Shown here: one piece after another, positions 41,403-48,521 of the stretch | How the letters are laid out: the number at the start of each line of letters is the position of its first letter | How positions within the stretch are numbered: position 1 is the stretch's first letter | Assembly: GCA_947311835.1 (NCBI GenBank) | Contig: CAMZLV010000087.1 | Coordinates: forward strand, 1 to 48,521 | Direction: 5' to 3' | Length of the DNA: 48,521 bases | Source: an uncultured Lutibacter sp. | GTDB lineage: Bacteria; Bacteroidota; Bacteroidia; Flavobacteriales; Flavobacteriaceae | Program-made: the position numbers and the translations under genes | Notes under the pieces: model-generated | What the model was told of the DNA's origin: nothing | Database searches by the model: none | Seen by the model: the letters and a program-made list of their open reading frames with translations, nothing else

Positions 41403-42446
41403 TTACTTCTCTTTAATCAAATACACGTAAACAGGATAGTGATCACTATAGCCTCCTGTAAAGGTGTTATTTGACCAACTTCTAAAAGGATAACCTTTAT
41501 AACGCCCTTTTTTAGAAGTTAAATAACTCGGATTGAAGATATTTGCTTGATAAAACTTATATGTTTTATAATTTTTATTGGATGCTATTAAGTTATCTGA
41601 CAAAATAATTTGGTCAAACAAATTGATGTTATCTCTAAATCCTAAAGTAGCAAATCCGCGTTTAAACATCTTAGAAAAAGGATTGTATAAATTTCCTATT
41701 TTTAATATATCTTTATTCGATTTTACTCCCAAAACAGCAAAACTTTGAGAGTCAGGATTATCGTTATAATCTCCTAATGAAATAATTTTAGGTGAAGTGT
41801 ATTCAAAATATAAATCTTCAATAATTTTAAGATTCAATCGCGCAGACTCATCTCTTAAATATTGTGTTTTAGATGCGCCTCCTCGTTGCGAAGGCCAATG
41901 ATTGACTATAATATGAATCAATTCTTCATCTAAATATCCTGAAACTAACAATTGATCTCTTGTTCTTACACGATATCCTTTGTTGTTCCACGCTTTTAAT
42001 TCATATGTTTTATAATCTAATATACTAAAAGCGGTTTCGTTGTATAGTAATGCTACATCAATTCCTCTCCAATCGCGTGATTCTTTATGCACATAATTAT
42101 AGTGTTTGTTTTTTAAATACTTACTTTTTAATAAATCATCTAGAACACTGCTGTTTTCTATTTCACAAACACCTACGATTGCAGGACTTTGACCTGTTTT
42201 ATTTTTACCTATCTCAGATATTACCTTTGCCATATTATCGATTTTTTTGAAATACGCTTCAGTTTTATTAGATTTTAACTGTAGTATAGGACTGTGCTCG
42301 TCTTTTTTTAAAGGATTATCAATAGTATCAAATAAGTTTTCTAAATTATAGAAAGCAATTGTGTTGATTTTATACTGTTTCTTTTGTTGAGCCGAACAAA
42401 AAACAATATAAAACAAAAGTAGAAATACTTGTATTTTAGTTTTCAT
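41403..42446 (-). CDS. Secreted endonuclease/exonuclease/phosphatase (EEP) family protein, paralog 2
   Basis: Signal peptide; AFYNLENLFD, GVCEIEN, RGIDVALLY, NHWPS, GDYND, FDQI, GYSDHYPV. Start at ATG 42446 (42464 also possible). Confidence 0.92.
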   Translation of the reverse strand: MKTKIQVFLLLFYIVFCSAQQKKQYKINTIAFYNLENLFDTIDNPLKKDEHSPILQLKSNKTEAYFKKIDNMAKVISEIGKNKTGQSPAIVGVCEIENSSVLDDLLKSKYLKNKHYNYVHKESRDWRGIDVALLYNETAFSILDYKTYELKAWNNKGYRVRTRDQLLVSGYLDEELIHIIVNHWPSQRGGASKTQYLRDESARLNLKIIEDLYFEYTSPKIISLGDYNDNPDSQSFAVLGVKSNKDILKIGNLYNPFSKMFKRGFATLGFRDNINLFDQIILSDNLIASNKNYKTYKFYQANIFNPSYLTSKKGRYKGYPFRSWSNNTFTGGYSDHYPVYVYLIKEK

Positions 42447-42561
42447 AACATATTTTTTAAACATCTAAAAAATAGAGGTTTAAATATACAACATAAACTT
42501 TAAACTTTAAAAACGGTTTTCAAATATTTTAAAAGGTATATTGTAAGAGAGTTATAAAGCC

Positions 42562-42609
42562 GTCTTTATTCTTTCGTCTTACAGCGAAGCGGTCTTTAAT
42601 CTTATGTCT
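42562..42609. repeat. 7-nt periodic array (NTCTNNN) around an ACAGCGAAGCGGTCT core
   Basis: TCT at 42563, 42570, 42577, then 42593, 42600, 42607. Confidence 0.7.
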
Positions 42610-42619
42610 GGCAGCAGTA

Positions 42620-43666
42620 TTACTTTTTCTCTTTTAGCAAATACATATATACAGGGAAATGGTCACTATAACCTCCTGTATAACTTCCGTATGAGAAACT
42701 TCTAAACGGATATCCTTTAAATCTTCCTTTGCTATTTATTAAATATTTTGGGTTATAAATACCTGCTTTTAACATCTTATAGGTAGAAAAATCTTTTGTT
42801 GATGTTAGTAATTGTGAACTAATAAGTATTTGATCAAATAAATGTAAATTATCTCTAAATCCTGCCGTATTAAAGCCTCTTGCAAACATTTCTTCATATG
42901 GATTATAAATGTCATTCTCTTTTACATTTTTTTTCTTTCGTTTTGTTTTTAATATTTTTTTAAAGCCTGTTTCTATAGGGTCATCGTTGAAATCTCCCAT
43001 AGTAATAATTTTAGCATTTGGCTCTTTTGAGCGAATTTTATCTATAATTTTTAAGTTTAAAGCAGCCGCTTTTTCTCTAAACGGAATACTACGTGTGCCT
43101 CCTCTTTTTGATGGCCAATGATTAACAATTACATGTATTTTTTCGCCATCTAAATATCCTGAAACCAACAATTGATCTCTAGTGAAAATTCGTTTACCTT
43201 CTGTATCATATATCTTTAATTCATAATTTTTGTGAAAAACAGGCTTAAAATATCTTGGCATATATAGCAATCCTACATCAATCCCTCTTTTGTCTGGCGA
43301 TTCATAATGAATAAAACTATATCTTTTGTTTTTTAAGAATTTCCCTGCTACTAAATCTTTTAAAACAGTATCGTTTTCAATCTCTACAACACCTATCAAT
43401 GTTGGGCTGTTTTTGGCTTTTTCTTTACCTATTTGAGAGAGAACTTTCCCTAATTTGTCAATTTTATCCCAATAAACTTTAGATTTACTCCCTTTCAATT
43501 CCATCATTGGACTCGCTTCATCATTTTTAGCGGTATTATTTATTGTATCAAATAGATTTTCTAAATTATAAAAGGCTACTGTTCTTATCAAATATTGCTT
43601 TTTTTGTGAAAAACCTTTAGTTGACACTAATAAAACCGTTAATATTAGAATGAATAATCGTTTCAT
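42620..43666 (-). CDS. Secreted endonuclease/exonuclease/phosphatase (EEP) family protein, paralog 1
   Basis: Signal peptide; AFYNLENLFD, GVVEIEN, RGIDVGLLY, NHWPS, GDFND, FDQI, GYSDHFPV; -7 box TATTTTTG at 43693-43700. Confidence 0.93.
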   Translation of the reverse strand: MKRLFILILTVLLVSTKGFSQKKQYLIRTVAFYNLENLFDTINNTAKNDEASPMMELKGSKSKVYWDKIDKLGKVLSQIGKEKAKNSPTLIGVVEIENDTVLKDLVAGKFLKNKRYSFIHYESPDKRGIDVGLLYMPRYFKPVFHKNYELKIYDTEGKRIFTRDQLLVSGYLDGEKIHVIVNHWPSKRGGTRSIPFREKAAALNLKIIDKIRSKEPNAKIITMGDFNDDPIETGFKKILKTKRKKKNVKENDIYNPYEEMFARGFNTAGFRDNLHLFDQILISSQLLTSTKDFSTYKMLKAGIYNPKYLINSKGRFKGYPFRSFSYGSYTGGYSDHFPVYMYLLKEKK

Positions 43667-43838
43667 GTTTACTGTTTTTTTTATTGATTTTACAAAAATA
43701 AGTACAATTTTTGAGCCAAATTAATAATAATGCTGAATTAACACTAATTTAAACCTAAAATAATAATTTGATAATGTAACATTAATTTTAAAATCACTAA
43801 CTTTGAAAACCGAAATTTTTTTAAAAAATATATATAAT

Positions 43839-46586
43839 ATGAAAAAACCTATTATTACAATACTCTTTAGTGTATTTGTTTCTTTTATGACAATTGCACA
43901 ATCTACAGGTATTGTTAAAGGGAATGTTTCTGATAGCTCCAATGCTAAAGCTTTAAAAGAAACATCCATTACCGTAGAAGGTACAACCATAAAACAAACA
44001 ACCGATGAAAAAGGTAATTTTGTTTTATTAAATGTTCCTGTTGGAAATCAATTAATTAAAATTCAAATTGACGGCTACGAAACCCAAAGTTTTCCTGTCA
44101 CTGTCAAAGAAAACGAAACGTCAGATTTAGGCACTATTCTTATGTATAAAGATGAAGCCATACAAGAAGATTTAAGTGTTATTTCTCTTTCAGATGATGA
44201 ATTAAATGATGATGATGGCGGAGCAGATAATACCGCTGGAATGCTACAAGCTTCAAGAGATGTTTTCTCAAGAACCGCTGCTTTTGAGTTCAGCGCAACA
44301 TTCTTTAGAGCAAGAGGATATAATTCTGAAAATGGAAAACTTCTTATCAACGGAATTGAAATGAACAAAATCTATAATGGTCGTCCGCAATGGAGCGATT
44401 GGGGCGGTTTAAACGATGTTATGCGTAACCAATCTATTACGAACGGATTAGCAAGTTCTGAAGTTGCTTTTGGTGGTATTGGTGGTTCAAATAACATATC
44501 AATGAGAGCGTCAGAATACCGTGAAGGAGGTCGTGTATCTTATGCTGCTTCTAACAGAAGTTATATGGGTCGTGTAATGGCTAGTTATTCTTCTGGAATG
44601 AATGAAAAAGGATGGGCGTATTCAATATTAACCTCTAGACGCTATGGAAATGAAGGTTATAATGATGCTAGTTTATACGATTCTAATTCATTTTTTGCTT
44701 CTGTAGAAAAAAAGATAAATGACCAACACAGTTTAAATTTAACCGCATTTTACACTCCTAATAGACGTGGAAAATCATCACCGAATACTCAGGAGGTTTA
44801 TGATTTAAAAAACACACGCTACAACGCGTATTGGGGATATCAAAATGGTAACAAAAGAAACTCAAGAGTTCGTAAAATTAAAGAACCTGTAGTAATGCTT
44901 AATCACTATTGGAATATAAGTGATGCTACTACATTAAATACTAATATTGCGTATCAAACAGGAAGTATAGGAAACAGCCGTTTAAACTATGACGCTAATA
45001 ACCCTGACCCAACTTACTACAGAAAATTACCAAGTTATTTCTTAAGAGATCCTAATAATTTAGATTATGAAGGAGCATACTTAGCAAGAGAAAATTTTCA
45101 AAACGATGGGCAAATTGATTGGACAGCAATGTACCAAGCAAACTTAACTACAGGACGCTCAGTTTATGCTTTATATGAAGACAGAAATGATGATGATCAA
45201 TTTACTGCAAATACTATATTTCGTACAGAATTAAATGATAATATAGATATAAATGCAGCTATTACATATCGAAATTTAAAATCTCATAATTATGCTAATA
45301 TGTTAGATTTATTAGGAGGTTCTGGATATTTAGATGTTGACACTTTTTCTCCTTTTGGAAGTAATCAAGCAGATAATGATTTAAGAAATCCGAATAGAAT
45401 TGTACAAGAAGGAGATGCTTTTAAATATAATTTTGAAATGAATGCTTCTGTTTTAGATGCATTTGCTCAAGCACAATTTCAATACAATAAAATTGACTTT
45501 TTTGTAGCAAGTAAATTTTCATCAACAAACTATCAAAGAAATGGTTTGTATGAAAATGGTCGTTTTCAAGGAAATCAATCGTATGGGAAAAGTGAAAAAA
45601 TGAGTTTTAACAACTTTAGTTTAAAAGGAGGTTTTACTTATAAAATTAATGGTAGAAATCTTATAAATGTAAATACAGGTTATTTAACAAAAGCACCAAC
45701 TATCAGAAATACGTTCTCTAATTCTAGAGAAAATAATAACGTAGTTGTTGGTTTGACTGATGAAAAAATCACGTCATTTGATGCAAGTTACATTCTAAGA
45801 ACACCAAAGATTAAAGCACGTTTAACAGGTTATTATACCAAATTTGAAGATGCTACCGAAATTTCTTTCTTCTATGTTGATGGTATCAGTGGTGCTGATG
45901 AAGGAAGAGGATTTGTACAAGAAGTCCTTACAGGAGTTGGCAAAAGAAATATTGGTTTAGAGTTTGGAATAGAATATCAAATAACACCAACTATCAAACT
46001 AAAAGGAGCAACTTCTTTGGGTGATTATATTTATGATACTAATCCTAATTTATATATTGCCTCTGATGATTTTGCACAAAATATAGAATATGGCGAATCA
46101 TCACTAAAAAACTATCATGTTGCTGGTGGACCACAACGTGCAATGTCTGTTGGATTTGAATACCGCGACCCTAAATATTGGTGGTTTGGAGCAACAACCA
46201 ACTATTTTTCAAATGCTTATGTAGATGTTGCACCTATTACTAGAACTAAAAACTTTAGTACTGATCCTGTTGATGGATTATTATTTAATGATTATGATCC
46301 TGTTTTGGCAAGAGAATTGTTAAAACAAGAACAATTTAACGATTATTTCTTAGTAAACGCTGTTGGAGGTAAATCATGGAAAATCAACAAAAATTATATT
46401 GGTTTCTTTGCAACAATAGGAAACATACTAAACCAAAAATATAAAACAGGTGGTTTTGAACAATCTAGAAATGGTAACTTTAGAACCTTACGTGACGACA
46501 AAGCACGTGACACTCCTGTATTTGGATCAAAATACTGGAACGGTTACGGAACAACATATTATTTAAATGTGTATTACCGATTTTAA
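43839..46586 (+). CDS. TonB-dependent outer-membrane receptor (non-SusC type) with N-terminal carboxypeptidase-regulatory-like domain
   Basis: Signal peptide from ATG 43839, TTDEKGNF..NVPVG domain, acidic linker, plug-like FRARGY..INGI, beta-strand pattern, C-terminal YYLNVYYRF. Confidence 0.9.
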   Translation: MKKPIITILFSVFVSFMTIAQSTGIVKGNVSDSSNAKALKETSITVEGTTIKQTTDEKGNFVLLNVPVGNQLIKIQIDGYETQSFPVTVKENETSDLGTILMYKDEAIQEDLSVISLSDDELNDDDGGADNTAGMLQASRDVFSRTAAFEFSATFFRARGYNSENGKLLINGIEMNKIYNGRPQWSDWGGLNDVMRNQSITNGLASSEVAFGGIGGSNNISMRASEYREGGRVSYAASNRSYMGRVMASYSSGMNEKGWAYSILTSRRYGNEGYNDASLYDSNSFFASVEKKINDQHSLNLTAFYTPNRRGKSSPNTQEVYDLKNTRYNAYWGYQNGNKRNSRVRKIKEPVVMLNHYWNISDATTLNTNIAYQTGSIGNSRLNYDANNPDPTYYRKLPSYFLRDPNNLDYEGAYLARENFQNDGQIDWTAMYQANLTTGRSVYALYEDRNDDDQFTANTIFRTELNDNIDINAAITYRNLKSHNYANMLDLLGGSGYLDVDTFSPFGSNQADNDLRNPNRIVQEGDAFKYNFEMNASVLDAFAQAQFQYNKIDFFVASKFSSTNYQRNGLYENGRFQGNQSYGKSEKMSFNNFSLKGGFTYKINGRNLINVNTGYLTKAPTIRNTFSNSRENNNVVVGLTDEKITSFDASYILRTPKIKARLTGYYTKFEDATEISFFYVDGISGADEGRGFVQEVLTGVGKRNIGLEFGIEYQITPTIKLKGATSLGDYIYDTNPNLYIASDDFAQNIEYGESSLKNYHVAGGPQRAMSVGFEYRDPKYWWFGATTNYFSNAYVDVAPITRTKNFSTDPVDGLLFNDYDPVLARELLKQEQFNDYFLVNAVGGKSWKINKNYIGFFATIGNILNQKYKTGGFEQSRNGNFRTLRDDKARDTPVFGSKYWNGYGTTYYLNVYYRF

Positions 46587-46621
46587 TAAAAAAAGACTAT
46601 AAAAACATTAATAAAAAAACA

Positions 46622-48043
46622 ATGAAAACAATTAAATTTTTAAAATTAATCGTAGTAGCAATACTAACAATAAGTATTACTTCATGTGTTGATACTGATC
46701 AATATGAAGTGCCAGCAGAAGCAGATGCTACATATAATCCTGCTTCAGGTATTGAAGCACAAATAGCAAATGGAACATTAACTGCTGTTACTATAGCCGA
46801 AGTAAAAGACTTAATGGTTGCTGATGATGTAAATCAAATCACTTCTGATTTAGTCGTAATGGGATACGTAGTTTCATCAGACGAAACAGGAAATTTTTAC
46901 CAAGAATTTTATATCCAAGATGCGCCAAGTAACCCAACTGCAGGTATCAAAATTGTACTAAGCAATAGAGATAATTATATAACTTATAATATTGGAAGAA
47001 AAATATATATCAAATTAAAAGATTTATATGTTGGTGAAACAAGAAACGGAAATGGTGTTGCTGCTATTGGTGGTAAAACACATGTAGATAACAACGGAAA
47101 TGGTGTGGTAGATGCCATGACTAGCAATCAAGTTCCAATGTATATTTATAGAACAAATGTTGTAGAAACGATTGTTCCTTTAGAACTAACTTTGCAAGAA
47201 ATAAGCGCCTCTCATATAGGACTATTTATAACTGCAACAGGAGTTGAGTTTCCGTCTTCATTAGAAGGGAAATCATATGTAGACCCTACAGATCAGTATG
47301 ATACACAAAGAACGATGCAAGCTTGTGGCGGTTTTGATTATGCTACTTTCTTGTTAAAAACTAGTGCGTTTGCTTCATTTAAAGATTTAATTTTACCAAA
47401 TATGAATGGTACTATTAGCGGTATTATATCTAAAACCTACAATGGTAGTGATCTTGTTATGACACTTAACACACCAAACGATGTAGTTATGAATAACACA
47501 AGATGTGAACTGTTAGATATTAATGATTTTACTGTACTTGCAGAAGAAGATTTTGACACCTCTACAAATTATCAAGATTTAAATACTCCAGGATGGACAA
47601 ACTTTGCTGAAGCAGGATCACGAGTATGGAGAGAAAGAGTATATCAAGGAAATGGATATGCAGAACTTAGCGCATATAATGCTAATGATAATTCTAACAT
47701 TGCATGGTTAATTTCTCCTGCAATTGATATGGATACTGCTGCAAACGAATACTTGAGTTTTAAAACAGCACAACATCATCTTGATTCACCTCTTAATACA
47801 TTAGAAGTTTTTATTTCTACCGATTTTGATGGAACTGATGTATTAGCTGCAACTTGGAGTCCTATTACTGCAAATACAGCTTCTCAAGGAGATTCATGGT
47901 ACACATTTGTAGAATCTGGTTTAGTTGACTTGTCTTCTTATTCTGGAAATGTTTATATCGCATTCAAATATACAGGTGCTGGAAATGACAATCAATTAGA
48001 TGGCTCGTATATGGTAGATGACTTTTTAGTATTAGCAAATTAA
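46622..48043 (+). CDS. DUF5689-type surface lipoprotein with C-terminal beta-sandwich (choice-of-anchor J/DUF5017-like) domain
   Basis: Lipobox ITSC followed by acidic residues; TIAEVK, GYVVSSDETGNFY..YIQD, TSAFASF; C-terminal WLISPAID, LEVFISTDFDG, VYIAFKY. Confidence 0.82.
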   Translation: MKTIKFLKLIVVAILTISITSCVDTDQYEVPAEADATYNPASGIEAQIANGTLTAVTIAEVKDLMVADDVNQITSDLVVMGYVVSSDETGNFYQEFYIQDAPSNPTAGIKIVLSNRDNYITYNIGRKIYIKLKDLYVGETRNGNGVAAIGGKTHVDNNGNGVVDAMTSNQVPMYIYRTNVVETIVPLELTLQEISASHIGLFITATGVEFPSSLEGKSYVDPTDQYDTQRTMQACGGFDYATFLLKTSAFASFKDLILPNMNGTISGIISKTYNGSDLVMTLNTPNDVVMNNTRCELLDINDFTVLAEEDFDTSTNYQDLNTPGWTNFAEAGSRVWRERVYQGNGYAELSAYNANDNSNIAWLISPAIDMDTAANEYLSFKTAQHHLDSPLNTLEVFISTDFDGTDVLAATWSPITANTASQGDSWYTFVESGLVDLSSYSGNVYIAFKYTGAGNDNQLDGSYMVDDFLVLAN

Positions 48044-48060
48044 TTCTAATTTAAACCTAC

Positions 48061-48097
48061 AAAAAAATCCGAAGTTTAGATACTTCGGATTTTTTTT
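48061..48097 (+). terminator. Intrinsic terminator of the receptor-lipoprotein operon
   Basis: AAAAAAATCCGAAGT-TTAGAT-ACTTCGGATTTTTTTT. Confidence 0.92.
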
Positions 48098-48153
48098 GTA
48101 CATCACTTTAAGTTATTTAATGAAAAGTGTCGAGTTGTATTTTCTTTCAAACC

Positions 48154-48200
48154 GTTCTCGATACTATTTTCTCCTTTGGTCAGAAATCACTCGAACTGAC
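48154..48200 (-). repeat. REP-like palindromic element
   Basis: Minus strand GTCAGTTCGAGTGATTTCT..AGAAAATAGTATCGAGAAC forms an imperfect hairpin; resembles a flavobacterial extragenic repeat I recall, not searched. Confidence 0.6.
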
Positions 48201-48521
48201 GATTTTAGTTTTTAATAATCTAATTATTATTTGTAAATCTAAAAAAAGAACTCTTTCTAATGTATACAGTTATTTTCACTCACTAAACATAGCAAATACC
48301 AAAAACAAATGTTTCTAGTGTCCTTATACTAAATAACAAACACTTTGAATAACATTTAACTGCCCTTACCTGTAGTCATTTGTAGCAGAAGCAATAGCAG
48401 ATGTAACAAGATCTTCTGTTTCAGCAAAGCACAATAAATTTTGGAGAATGATGAGATAGGGATTAAAGGAATATATAAGGGTAAAGAGGGAGAAGAGTTA
48501 TTAGAGGTAAAAGAAGAAGAA

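Noticed and set aside
3439-44368. The many 60-133 aa ORFs nested in or antisense to long genes (e.g. 3439-3651, 27542-27943, 43721-43990, 44075-44368)
   Set aside because: They overlap well-supported genes, have no recognisable motifs and read as shadow ORFs.
48127-48318. 63-aa ORF after the terminator
   Set aside because: GTG start, runs through a REP-like element and has no protein-like features.

Overview
AT-rich chromosomal segment of a Flavobacteriaceae-type Bacteroidota. This is inferred from the SusC/SusD pair, repeated TAnnTTTG -7 promoter boxes, absence of obvious Shine-Dalgarno motifs, and the nrdB-nrdA and glmS gene orders. It begins inside a tRNA-Asn(GTT) and is mostly housekeeping genes: panD/panC, glmS, nrdB/nrdA, mutS, mgtE, rsmA, dxs, tadA, aspS, rsmI, ade and recJ. 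The best candidate for a poorly described system is at the right end: two tandem secreted EEP-family (DNase I-like) nucleases divergent from a non-SusC TonB-dependent receptor and a DUF5689-type surface lipoprotein. That looks like an extracellular nucleic-acid utilisation locus. Other candidates are a GT5-like half-enzyme/DUF4270/glmS operon, a Cys-rich DUF3109 protein and a four-hairpin spacer at the ribonucleotide reductase locus, an atypical CLC next to a KimA-like permease, apparently leaderless genes, two 7-nt-periodic intergenic arrays and REP/MITE-like elements. I saw no CRISPR array, transposase, integrase or rRNA. All family calls come from motif recognition by eye, not database searches.
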